DNA of 63,901 nt, counting the filler, from Octopus bimaculoides (lineage: Eukaryota), in NCBI RefSeq assembly GCF_001194135.2. It is 5 parts of 5 records of this genome, joined end to end, with 100 filler letters (N's around TTAATTAATTAA, not from the genome) between each part and the next. Parts side by side here need not be neighbours in the genome. Positions count along the whole stretch, not along the records: positions 46,249 to 58,241 come from NC_068986.1; positions 58,342 to 63,901 come from NW_026305953.1; 3 more parts are not named here. One strand, given 5' to 3'. The notes beneath the pieces were generated by a model that saw only the letters and a program-made list of their open reading frames with translations, ran no database searches and was not told the DNA's origin. Positions 52,585 to 63,901 of this stretch are shown piece by piece (position 1 is the stretch's first letter; each line of letters opens with the position of its first letter). A program made the translations under genes and the position numbers.

Positions 52585-53479
52585 TATATAACAAAAACAT
52601 TCAATGAACACTACTAATATAAAACTTTTATAATTGCTCATATTAACAACTTGGATTTTACTTATGCTTGTGCGTGCGCGCTCATGTGTGTCTGTCTGTA
52701 TGTGTGTGTGTGTGCGATTATGTGTGTGCATGGATATATATATATATATATATTTTTTATATAATATTCAGTGAACTGCAAGCTCTCTATATAAATAAAT
52801 ATTTTTGTTTTCGCTGAGACGTTCAGACTACTTCTTGTGAAATAATTGCGTAAGGCGTCATGGTATATCTAAAGCAGACCAATGAAACGCTACCGGCATA
52901 TAAACGATAACAAATAAACGATAACATATAAACGATAACAAATGTAATTGTAATTTCTTAAAATCAATACTTATGATCAGATCTATCGTATATGTTATTG
53001 AATCCGTCGCAATTCTATCGCAATTAAGTTGTTGTCGATGTTCTTGTAGTTGTTGTTAATGTTATTGTTGAACCAAAATTTAGCATCGTTGGAGCAGATC
53101 TATAATCAAAGTTGTCCTAGCTGTGGCAAGGTGTTGTACATTTTTCAGTCATGGTATATCTGAAAGTAGGGTAGTGCAATGGACGAATAATTAAAACATT
53201 GGATCGATCGTTTTACAGTGTTTGTTCTGGATCAAATCACTCTGCGTTCAAATGCCGCATGATTAACAGTGCCTGTGATCCGTGAAATATTTATGAGATA
53301 TGGTGACGGTATGGTAATTTTAAAGTCTAGAGCTAGAATTTCAAACTTTGTAAACATTCATGAGATGGCCTTAGACCTTAAAATTCCGCCGGTCTATCAT
53401 TGAGAAAGCATCGACAAATTGATTTCATGACAAAAGAACGCGCATGAAAAATGGTAACATAGTAATAAACAAGGCTTGA

Positions 53480-54262
53480 TATTTGGGGGAGAAGAGATGA
53501 GTCGATTACATCGACACCAGTACTCCACTGGTACTTATTTTATCGATTTCGAAAGATGAAAGGCAAAGCGAACCTCGGCAGAATTTGAACTCCGAATGTA
53601 AAGAAGGATGAAATGCTGCTAAACATTCATAGTGGAAAGATCAGTCGATCAGATCGATCTCAGTGCTAAATTGGTTCTTATCTTATTTCTTTACTACCCA
53701 CAAGGGGCTAAACATAGAAGGGACAAACAAGGACAGACAAAGGGATTAAGTCGATAACATCGACCCTAGTGCGTAACTGGTACTTAATTTATCGACCCCG
53801 AAAGGATGAAAGTCAAAGTCGACCTCGGCGGAATTTGAACTTAGAACGTAAAGACAGACGGAATACCGCTGAGTATTTCGCCCGGCTTGCTAAAGTTTCT
53901 GCCAGCTCGCCGCCTTAAATTGGTTCTTATCTTATAGAAGACGAATCGATGAACGGTAGAGTCGACCCCGGTGACATTTGAGCTAAGCATTTTGTCCGGC
54001 GTACTAACAGTTCTACTAACTAACCACCTTAAAATACTGACATAATAATGGTTTTTAAATTTGGTAGAGGGCCAGTAATCTTTGAGAGGAGAGATGAGTC
54101 GATTACATCGATCCCATTGCTCCACTGGTACTTATTTTATCGACTCCAAAAGGATGAAAGCAAAGTCGACTTCGACAGAATTTGAACTCAGGGCATAAAG
54201 ACGGGGACGAAATGCCACTAAGCATTTTCTCCAGTGTGCTAACGATTCTGCCAGCTCGTCAC
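53480..54262 (-). mobile_element. Cluster of four co-oriented SINE family A copies, one nested
   Basis: Copies at about 53480-53628, 53645-54030 (old, split), 53687-53915 (young, inserted), 54062-54262. Confidence 0.85.
53687..53915 (-). mobile_element. Young SINE family A copy with 20-bp TSD
   Basis: taaattggttcttatcttat at 53667-53686 and 53916-53935. Confidence 0.9.
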
Positions 54263-54419
54263 TTACATGATGACACAATAATGGAATGAATATTTTGCTT
54301 ACCACTCAGCTAAGGTCAGATAACTATCTGAGATTGGTATATTTATCAGCGTCCATCATTGATTAGATTGAAGAAAGTCGAAATCAGGTGATCTGGTGGC
54401 CTCGGGACTGGAGTTAGCG

Positions 54420-54600
54420 GGGTCTTTTGTGTCCCCGCCATCGATATAAACAGGCGTGAATTTTGCACCAAAAGCCAATATGAGAGAATCTGTCATGGTA
54501 ACTACCGCAGTAAAATTTGTTCCAACAGCACGTCCACGTTTAAGTAAGGATAAATATCACCTCTCGGTATTAATACTGCCTCTATCGCTGATAAACATTG
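54420..54600 (-). repeat. Second copy of the unclassified repeat at 26435
   Basis: Reverse complement reads agaggcagtattaataccgagaggtgatatttatc...ggcttttggtgcaaaattcacgcctgtttatatcg. Confidence 0.75.
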
Positions 54601-54989
54601 AGTACTATGTCACAAAATAATTAAAGCTTCGAATATTGAAGCAAAAGATTGACATTAAATAAAAAAAAGAAAACACATTGCTTCAACATCAAACCGAAAA
54701 TTCTTGAAAGATGTCGGCTATGTTCAAATCGGGAAGATAATATTCTTGGATTTCGAAAGTTGTGGAAAAAGAATCTCATATTCAGAAACCTTAGTAGCTA
54801 TTTAAATGTGTGACTGAGACGTCTCAGTAACTGATAGATAGATCGGAAAGAAGATTCTAGTTAGTTGAAGATACAAACGTGTTAGTCACATTTTATGGAG
54901 ATATACCACATAGTGATATTGAAGAAAATATCCATATTCATTCTCTCCTGTATTTCAAAGTTACCTGCCTTTCAAATATACTTTTACAG

Positions 54990-55298
54990 CATGGGTTCTC
55001 AACCCCCCACCCCCCACACACACACCTTTTTTCTATCTATGAACCCCTTTGATTACTATTTTATTCTGGTGGACTCCCGTAGCCATTCGATGTTTTAAGC
55101 CTAGTTTTATAGAAACTTCTTTCAAAATTCTTATTTTGATTCTTGCAATGCATACCAATTCACACAACTAAAACAAATTTTTTCCAGGGGCCCTTGAAAT
55201 ACTATTGCTGATCCACAAGTTACTATATTGTCGTGTGGAGTCCCAAAAATCTTATATGGACCTTCAGGGACCATATGGACCCTGATTGAGAACCACTG
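54990..55298. mobile_element. hAT (Charlie-like) MITE with 8-bp TSD
   Basis: TIRs catgggttctcaacc / gattgagaaccactg; identical TTTTACAG at 54982-54989 and 55299-55306. Confidence 0.9.
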
Positions 55299-55454
55299 TT
55301 TTACAGAGTCGCCCATATTCATTTTCCAAGCAAAAAAACAACTTACATAAAACAATCAAATCTAATATCCATTGGGCCTCAGTACAAAAGTAAGCACACA
55401 GCATACATACATCATTTAAAATAATCTAACTACTGTTTTTGTTGTTGTTGTTGG

Positions 55455-55738
55455 CACCTAAATCTCCTCGAGGCTCCGGCAAGGGATGGTGGCGAACCCT
55501 TTTGTACTCTTCCACCACAACTTTCTCTCACTCTTTCTTCCTATTTCTGTTGTGCCTGTAATTCAAAGGGTCAGCCTTGTCACACTGTGTCACGCTGATT
55601 ATCCCTGAGAACTATGTTAAGGGTACATGTGTCTGTGGAGTGCTCAGCCACTTGCACGTTAATTTCATGAGCAGGTTGTTCCGTTGATCGGATCAACTGG
55701 AACCCTCGACGTCATAAGCGACGGAATGCCAACACACA
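55455..55738 (+). mobile_element. SINE family C, 5'-truncated
   Basis: Colinear with the 3' two-thirds of 47255-47637. Confidence 0.9.
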
Positions 55739-56589
55739 ATACTATACCTAGTACCAATATATTCAGCACATCCTTTCATTTTTTAGATGATTTTATACGA
55801 TTTGGAAACAGATTTAGCAACCATTTGGCGACCATTTGGTAGCCATTTGAGCGGCATCTTAGAGAGGCTTACTCGGTTGCTAATTATTCTTGCTATTGTT
55901 GTTGTTCTTGCTGTTAGTGAGGCTGGTTACTAACTCTACAGAAACCAACATTACTACCCGTATTTTTGTTACTCCCTCTCTCTTTCTCCTTCTCTTTCTC
56001 TCTCTCTCTCCCTTCGGCATATAGTCTTGGACAATTCAACATAGCAAGAATGCAGCCGCTCTTTGCCTTTAATACAAAAATATACAAATATATAAATCAC
56101 TAAATAAAGCTTTCGCTTGCTTGCTTTGGCGCTGGACGGTATAACGGCCAATCAATTAGATGTTTGGAAAAAGAAGAAAAACAAAGCAGCCGTATAAACA
56201 GAAACCTATAATAATAAGTAAACGATATATGTGGACGAATCGGATCTATGATAACACGCAGTGAAGATAATCGATCCTAATCGATTATGTACTTTTTTTT
56301 ATACTTTTATTTAGAATATAATTTTTTTCGGAAATGAGGAATTAATGCTTATCTCTATAGATTAAGTGGTTATTCTTGTAAACAAAACATTGTTGATTTT
56401 CTGTGTAGCTAGGAGATTTCCTTATCGGGTTACAGAGAATTTTCAATGGTACTGGAAATTGCTATGGAAGGAATGCAAATGTTATTCATTTCAACAATAC
56501 TGATCGCATTTAACACACGCGCGTGCACAAATATACACATGCTCACACATTCACACATGCATACTTCCACACACACACACACACTCACG

Positions 56590-56624
<35 letters not shown>

Positions 56625-57550
56625 NNNNNNNNNNNNNNNNNNNNNNNNNNNNNNNNNNNNNNNNNNNNNNNNNNNNNNNNNNNNNNNNNNNNNNNNNNNN
56701 NNNNNNNNNNNNNNNNNNNNNNNNNNNNNNNNNNNNNNNNNNNNNNNNNNNNNNNNNNNNNNNNNNNNNNNNNNNNNNNNNNNNNNNNNNNNNNNNNNNN
56801 NNNNNNNNNNNNNNNNNNNNNNNNNNNNNNNNNNNNNNNNNNNNNNNNNNNNNNNNNNNNNNNNNNNNNNNNNNNNNNNNNNNNNNNNNNNNNNNNNNNN
56901 NNNNNNNNNNNNNNNNNNNNNNNNNNNNNNNNNNNNNNNNNNNNNNNNNNNNNNNNNNNNNNNNNNNNNNNNNNNNNNNNNNNNNNNNNNNNNNNNNNNN
57001 NNNNNNNNNNNNNNNNNNNNNNNNNNNNNNNNNNNNNNNNNNNNNNNNNNNNNNNNNNNNNNNNNNNNNNNNNNNNNNNNNNNNNNNNNNNNNNNNNNNN
57101 NNNNNNNNNNNNNNNNNNNNNNNNNNNNNNNNNNNNNNNNNNNNNNNNNNNNNNNNNNNNNNNNNNNNNNNNNNNNNNNNNNNNNNNNNNNNNNNNNNNN
57201 NNNNNNNNNNNNNNNNNNNNNNNNNNNNNNNNNNNNNNNNNNNNNNNNNNNNNNNNNNNNNNNNNNNNNNNNNNNNNNNNNNNNNNNNNNNNNNNNNNNN
57301 NNNNNNNNNNNNNNNNNNNNNNNNNNNNNNNNNNNNNNNNNNNNNNNNNNNNNNNNNNNNNNNNNNNNNNNNNNNNNNNNNNNNNNNNNNNNNNNNNNNN
57401 NNNNNNNNNNNNNNNNNNNNNNNNNNNNNNNNNNNNNNNNNNNNNNNNNNNNNNNNNNNNNNNNNNNNNNNNNNNNNNNNNNNNNNNNNNNNNNNNNNNN
57501 NNNNNNNNNNNNNNNNNNNNNNNNNNNNNNNNNNNNNNNNNNNNNNNNNN

Positions 57551-57552
57551 GT

Positions 57553-57601
<49 letters not shown>

Positions 57602-57798
57602 TGTGTTTGTCCCCCACCATCGCTTGACAACCGATGCTGGTGTGTTTACGTCCCCGTAACTTAGCGGTTCGGCAAAAAGAGACGTATAGAATAAGTACTA
57701 GGCTTATAAAGAATAAGTCCTGGGTCGATTTTCTCGACTAAAGGCGGTGCCCCAGCATGGCCGCAATCAAATGACTGAAACAAGTAAAAGAGTAAAAT
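57551..57798 (+). mobile_element. SINE family B, 3' half starting in its internal (TG)n
   Basis: ctgtgtttgtcccccaccatcgcttgacaaccgatg...aaaggcggtgcccagcatggccgc. Confidence 0.9.
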
Positions 57799-58179
57799 AG
57801 TATATACATACATGCACACACATACACTCGTATAAATATAAGCACACAAAGGATGTAGATCCACTCATCCCACTTCAGTTGTAGACCAAAAAGCATCACA
57901 AATTGTTATGCCTCATCCACAATATTGTTTAATTTGTTGGCGTCAACAGCAAAGGCTGGTGAAGTATATAAGAGCGAAGATGAGCGACAGAATGTCACAA
58001 GTACAATAAACGATGGCAAAAATAAAAAGAAGACTGGCAAGACATTTATATAAGAAAAGATACACTGTCCACGACACTAGAAAGAGAGGAATACCAAAAC
58101 CCAGTTGGATCAGAGGGGAATACAGAAAGAGAGGTTCTTGGCGAAGCTTGAGCTAAAATAGAAGCACAAAACGAAAAGG

Positions 58180-58241
<62 letters not shown>

Positions 58242-58341
58242 NNNNNNNNNNNNNNNNNNNNNNNNNNNNNNNNNNNNNNNNNNNNTTAATTAATTAANNN
58301 NNNNNNNNNNNNNNNNNNNNNNNNNNNNNNNNNNNNNNNNN
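58242..58341. other. Artificial assembly spacer N44-TTAATTAATTAA-N44
   Basis: Exactly 100 bp. Confidence 0.95.
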
Positions 58342-58784
58342 ATATTCTCTGCGAACGCACAAAAGCACTTTTCAGAGTTATTTACTTTGAATTATTATTA
58401 TCTCATATCTGATTAGCCTGTTATTACATAACATGCTTCACAATTTTAGTATACATACTTTATTAACATTTCCTCCTAAGTTCTATATACTCTGTGAACA
58501 CATTAAAGCCCTTTTGGGGGCTACTTTATTTGAATTCTTACTATTGGGTAACTAATTTCCTGTGATTACATAACTGACTTCACAATTAGGGTATTCATAA
58601 CTTATTGGGATTTCCTAAAAACAAGATCCCTATGTAAGCCGGTTCGGTATTCTCTGTAAATACACAAAAAACATTTTAAGGGCTACATGCTTTGTATTGT
58701 TGTTACTGGATTAGCGAAACAAATATGAGAACGGAACCAAGGGATAAGCCCTGCTTTCCCAGGAATTACCGGGTATGTCAGCTA

Positions 58785-58785
<1 letters not shown>
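58342..58785 (+). mobile_element. Probable non-autonomous Helitron 3' end
   Basis: Ends cccaggaattaccgggtatgtcagCTAG|T: bulged GC hairpin, 8 nt, CTAG, then T. Confidence 0.45.
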
Positions 58786-58818
<33 letters not shown>

Positions 58819-58844
58819 TACATAAGCCTTACCTCAAAATGGTG

Positions 58845-60750
58845 CTCATTGAGAATAAAATCAGACTCTCTCATGAAAAAGAAAGGGTAAACAGGGAAGC
58901 CAGGGCAGCGGAAAATATAAAAAGAAACCCTAAGGCCTTCTACAAGTTTGCAAAATAGTCTGCCTCAGTGTGATACAGGATAGGGTCACTGTTTGATGAA
59001 AAGAGCTTACTGACTGCAGACCTCAAGAGGATAAGTGAAGCACTCAATAAACAATTTCAAAGTGTTTTCACCTCCCCACTGTCAACATGAAAATAAGCAG
59101 ACCTGATGAGTTCTTCAACACTTCTAACCTACAAGAAAAAAAGGCAACCATCAATTACATTGATATTACAGAAGAGGATGTATTGCCAGCCATTGACAAG
59201 ATAAACCCAAACTCTGCAACAGGCCCCAATCGGTTCCCAGCTATTCTGTTAAAAACATGCAAGAAAGCTCTTGCAAAACCACTGCAAATGCTTTTCTTGA
59301 ATGTGGTACATTTCCTCAAACGTTAAAAGAAGGAATAATCTGCCCTGTCCACAAAGGAGGAAGCAGAGCAGATGCTATAAACTACAGACCCATCTCTCTG
59401 ACCTCACATGTCAGCAAGATCATGGAACGCATTGTCAGAAAAAGACTGACCAAGTTCCAAGAGGAAAATGACTTGCTTACAGACACACAACATGGTTTCC
59501 GTCCTGGAAGGAGCTGCCTAACACAGCTCAACCATTCAAATGTGGATGAGATATATCTTGACTTTGCCAAGGCATTTGACAAAGTCAATCATGGATATGT
59601 CACAAATTGCATGACCTCGGTATCGCTGGTAGACTGGGAAAGTAGCAGCATGTTTTCCTAAGGGGCAGAAAGTCAGGCTGTCACAGCAAATGGTGCTTTC
59701 TCTGAAGTGACATCAATCCTCAGTGGTGTCCCCCAGGGAAGTGCTGAGTCCACTAGTGTTTGTGGTTGCTCTCTTGGACATGGCCTCAGCCACACTCACC
59801 AGCTATGCCGATGATACAAAAGTATCGTAGGCGGTCAAGGATCCTACTGACATCCTAAGACTGCAGAATGACCTGAATGCAATATATAAATGGGCTGATG
59901 AGAATAATATGCAGTTCAATGGTGCAAAATTCCAAGCACTCCGCTATCAGTCCACAGACTACAGCTGAAGTACATGGGACGAGCAGGTAATGTTAAAGTC
60001 AGTGCGTGACCTGGGAATCCACATGAGCAATGATGCAACTTTCCATGTACACATTGCTCAAATGGCAATACTATGCAGGCGGGTGCCAGGTTGGATCCTT
60101 AGATCCTTCAGGACCAGGAACAGAGACACAATGCTTCTGCTTTGGAGAACCTTTGTCCTCAGTCACCTGGACTACTGCTCCCAATTGTGGTCCCTACAGA
60201 GTATAAAACTAATTGTGGAACTAGAAGCGATTCAACGTCACTTCACAAAGAAGATAGACTCAATAAAACACATGGGCGACTGGGAGAGATTGTGAGAACT
60301 GGGACTCTACTCCCTGGAGAGTAGATGTAAGAAATATACAGTGCTATATATATATAGAAAATAATGGAGGGTCTGGCTCCAAATTTCGGGATTGAAATCT
60401 ACAACAATCCCCAAACTGGACAGCACTGCACAGTACCAAAGCTCCCATCTTCTCCATCGAGGATACAAACCCAATATTGTAATAACTTAGGATTCAAGGG
60501 CCCACAACTTTTTAATGCCCTACCACAGAACATCAGGGATCTGCAAGGTGTAGACATGGAAGTCTTCAAAAAATGTCTAGACAGCTTTTTATCTGCAATT
60601 CCAGATGAACCCACATCACAGCAGGAGGTGCAAAGAAGAGCAGCAACATCCAGCTTGCTACTTCACCAGAAGCAACCCTGGTAAAAATCCTCGGACAAAG
60701 TAAAGGTGGTGCACCAGCATGGCCTCAGCTGCTGGTGCATAAATGATAAA
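58845..60750 (+). mobile_element. CR1-clade LINE, 5'-truncated ORF2 (RT) with 3'UTR, decayed
   Basis: IKRNPKAFYKFA, NYRPISLTSHVSKIMERIV, QHGFRPGRSCLTQL, YLDFAKAFDKV, SGVPQGS, SYADDTKV, VRDLGI, HLDYCSQLW, GPQLFNALP; stops and frameshifts; 3' hairpin and A-rich tail. Confidence 0.95.
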
Positions 60751-60775
60751 AAAAAAATAAAGATGTGTATGTGTT

Positions 60776-60815
<40 letters not shown>

Positions 60816-60845
60816 TAAATATATACATATTATATATATACACAT

Positions 60846-60876
<31 letters not shown>

Positions 60877-63361
60877 CACACACATTTTGCATTTGTCTTG
60901 CTTCTGTATGTTGGTTCCCTGACGAATATATGTGCAATTCCAGCACCTCTTACTTCTTTGGGGTAGAGTGCATATATTTTTTGAAACATATGTAGGAATT
61001 AAAGGAACTTTTATTTATATGCGTTTTGCTCCATTTATTGTTATTATTCATATCTTCTCAAAATGCATCACTTTAACTTGGTATCTCTACCTATAAAACG
61101 GGTGTGATATCCTGGGTTTTTTTTTGTGTGATTTTTGCTACCCATGGTAACTATTAACATATTTGCATTGTCAAAGTTTTTTAACCAAATTTTTATATAT
61201 ATATATATATGATTAAAGAAAATATTTAATATGTTCAATATCTATAATATACAAATATGGCTATCTTCACTTCATCCTTATAAATACAAGCTATAGCATT
61301 AACTTTCCTTTAGTCTAGATTGGATTGTAGTTAGTATAGAGATAAGCTAATCAAGTAAATTTGAATATTTTCAGTATCAGATATTGGACATATTAAATGT
61401 TTTCTTTAATTCTTATTTATTGTGATTACTAAATCACAAATTGAAATTGAAATTGAACTTTTATAGCATATTTTTGATCTCTCACCTTAATGCTTAATCT
61501 TCCTGTGAAAACTAAAATTTCAACTTCATCCATGGATGGTATCTGGTTTTACTTAAATTTTTTCCATATCACATTTGCTATTGCTGTTAGTTTAGTTTGT
61601 ATCTTACTGAACTTAAACGAATTGGATGCCTGACCCTAAATGATTCAAGTTATTCCATTGTTATTGTAGTATTAACATTGTTATTTATGGGTGACTTAAA
61701 TAAATCTAATCCTTCCATTATTATTTTGTACTTAGCCCATGTTAGTTAACACAAGTTCCTGATAATTTAAGATAGTGCAACCTAATTAAATTAGTACATA
61801 ATTATCATGGTCTCTATTAATAGTTCAGTTCACCATTATATTCTATGTTAATTCCAATCATTCATTTTATCAGTTTCTTAAACCTTNNNNNNNNNNNNNN
61901 NNNNNNNNNNNNNNNNNNNNNNNNNNNNNNNNNNNNNNNNNNNNNNNNNNNNNNNNNNNNNNNNNNNNNNNNNNNNNNNNNNNNNNNNNNNNNNNNNNNN
62001 NNNNNNNNNNNNNNNNNNNNNNNNNNNNNNNNNNNNNNNNNNNNNNNNNNNNNNNNNNNNNNNNNNNNNNNNNNNNNNNNNNNNNNNNNNNNNNNNNNNN
62101 NNNNNNNNNNNNNNNNNNNNNNNNNNNNNNNNNNNNNNNNNNNNNNNNNNNNNNNNNNNNNNNNNNNNNNNNNNNNNNNNNNNNNNNNNNNNNNNNNNNN
62201 NNNNNNNNNNNNNNNNNNNNNNNNNNNNNNNNNNNNNNNNNNNNNNNNNNNNNNNNNNNNNNNNNNNNNNNNNNNNNNNNNNNNNNNNNNNNNNNNNNNN
62301 NNNNNNNNNNNNNNNNNNNNNNNNNNNNNNNNNNNNNNNNNNNNNNNNNNNNNNNNNNNNNNNNNNNNNNNNNNNNNNNNNNNNNNNNNNNNNNNNNNNN
62401 NNNNNNNNNNNNNNNNNNNNNNNNNNNNNNNNNNNNNNNNNNNNNNNNNNNNNNNNNNNNNNNNNNNNNNNNNNNNNNNNNNNNNNNNNNNNNNNNNNNN
62501 NNNNNNNNNNNNNNNNNNNNNNNNNNNNNNNNNNNNNNNNNNNNNNNNNNNNNNNNNNNNNNNNNNNNNNNNNNNNNNNNNNNNNNNNNNNNNNNNNNNN
62601 NNNNNNNNNNNNNNNNNNNNNNNNNNNNNNNNNNNNNNNNNNNNNNNNNNNNNNNNNNNNNNNNNNNNNNNNNNNNNNNNNNNNNNNNNNNNNNNNNNNN
62701 NNNNNNNNNNNNNNNNNNNNNNNNNNNNNNNNNNNNNNNNNNNNNNNNNNNNNNNNNNNNNNNNNNNNNNNNNNNNNNNNNNNNNNNNNNNNNNNNNNNN
62801 NNNNNNNNNNNNNNNNNNNNNNNNNNNNNNNNNNNNNNNNNNNNNGTTTACCCCTTACCCTACAAAGAAAATGTCAGTGTCCTCTTAAGCTTTGAATCAC
62901 TAGGTCTGATGAGATAGTCCATAAATCAGAAACAAAAAACAAATAAAATCAGTGACAGCCAAAAATCTGCTTAGAATTATTTACTAGCCTGTATGGTTTG
63001 GCAAAGTCAAAATGGCTTTTTGTATTCTTCCTTTCTACTTGGAGAGTTTAGATTTAACTATAAAAATATGTCCTTCTGTTTAAATGTAATTTCATTAAAT
63101 TTCTGTATCTTTGTGCAGCTGAAGATTGCTCTACATTTTATATTTGATGTAATGTTCACATTGCTTAATTAATTATAACTGTAATCAAATTGATTTAATT
63201 ACATATTTCCATTCTCCTCAAATATCAGTTATGATTTTTCTGATGTAGTCTTCCTTTTTGCTCTAAAAAGAATGGTAATATGTAATTAAATTGATTTGAT
63301 GATAATTATACATTTTTGTCGCCTTTCTGGCACTTATGCCCATGACATGTGTAAGGATTTT

Positions 63362-63653
63362 CAAGCGAGATCATTGCCAGTGCCCCTGGACTGGCTCTTG
63401 TGCGGGTGGCACATAAAATACACCATTTTGAGCGTGGCCGTTGCCAGTATCACCTGACTGGCCTTCGTGCTGGTGACATGTAAAAGCACCCACTACACTC
63501 TCTGAATGGTTGGCATTAGGAAGGGCATCCAGCTGTAGAAACTCTGCCAAATTAGATTGGAGCCTGGCGTAGCCATCTGGTTTCACTAGTCCTCAGTCAA
63601 ACCGTCCAACCCATGCTAGCATGGAAAGTGGATGTTAAACGATGATGATGATG
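63362..63653 (+). mobile_element. Non-autonomous repeat family E with (GAT)n tail
   Basis: Colinear with the reverse complement of 44275-44552. Confidence 0.85.
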
Positions 63654-63770
63654 ACATTGTGTAGTCTTTGGTTATGACCAATGGGTTCTTGTCTATTATT
63701 GCTCTTAGCAAGATAGGTGACTCATCAGACCAGACATAACCAAAGGCTACAAAAAATATTACTGCACATA

Positions 63771-63901
63771 GGCGTTGGAGTGGCTGTGTGGTAAGTAGCT
63801 TGCTTCCCAACCGCATGGTTCCGGGTTCAGTCCCACTGCCTGGCACTTTGTGCAAGTGCCTTCTACTATAGCCTTGGGCCAACCAAAGCCTTGTGAGTGG
63901 A
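63771..63901 (+). mobile_element. SINE family B 5' part, cut by the window end
   Basis: ggcgttggagtggctgtgtggtaagtagcttgc...gggttcagtcccactg...gcaagtgccttctactatagcc. Confidence 0.9.

Noticed and set aside
53480-54262. Regularly recurring sequence superficially like a repeat-spacer array
   Set aside because: Units are 150-230 bp diverged SINE copies with no fixed repeat or spacer length and no cas genes; not CRISPR
54813-54828. Perfect 16-bp palindrome actgagacgtctcagt
   Set aside because: Isolated, with no associated TIR, TSD or second copy; cannot be distinguished from chance
62890-62960. Perfect CTGATGA...GAAA with tcact/agtga nearby
   Set aside because: Stem II is only 3 bp, stem III cannot form and stem I is offset by 4 nt, so hammerhead geometry is not met
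60900-63350. AT-rich stretch with stray motifs such as KRCWNC on the minus strand
   Set aside because: Too degenerate and gap-interrupted to assign to a LINE or gene

Overview
AT-rich, microsatellite-saturated, gap-ridden animal DNA. The repeat families resemble those I recall from an octopus/cephalopod genome; that assignment is an inference. I can support no intact host protein-coding gene, rRNA, tRNA gene or CRISPR array. The long ORFs in the track are N-gap or microsatellite artefacts, or pieces of dead transposons. The window is a graveyard of mobile elements. DNA transposons: two mariners (one near-complete and Hsmar1-like, with both TIRs), a maT/DD37D-like fragment, a FLYWCH-MULE remnant, two hAT MITEs with perfect 8-bp TSDs and a probable Helitron end. 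Retroelements: a 5'-complete but decayed L1/Tx1-type LINE, a CR1-clade LINE 3' half, several RTE pieces, three R4/Dong-like (RLE) pieces, a Penelope-like GIY-YIG fragment and about 25 copies of five SINE-like families (labelled A-E here). Best leads: (1) an in-frame L1/Tx1 RT to RLE-endonuclease junction near 12315; (2) three minimal hammerhead-ribozyme-like motifs (43933-43977, 29444-29480, 43294-43357), one in a 547-bp tandem unit; (3) a SINE tail matching the hairpin-bearing 3'UTR of the CR1 copy at 25/28 nt; (4) an RTE with twin-priming-like inversion geometry; (5) a Dong-like 5' end next to (TAA)n with a possible decayed HDV-like ribozyme. Four 100-bp N44-TTAATTAATTAA-N44 spacers are artificial assembly joins, so adjacency across them is not reliable. 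All family names come from motif recognition by eye, not database searches.
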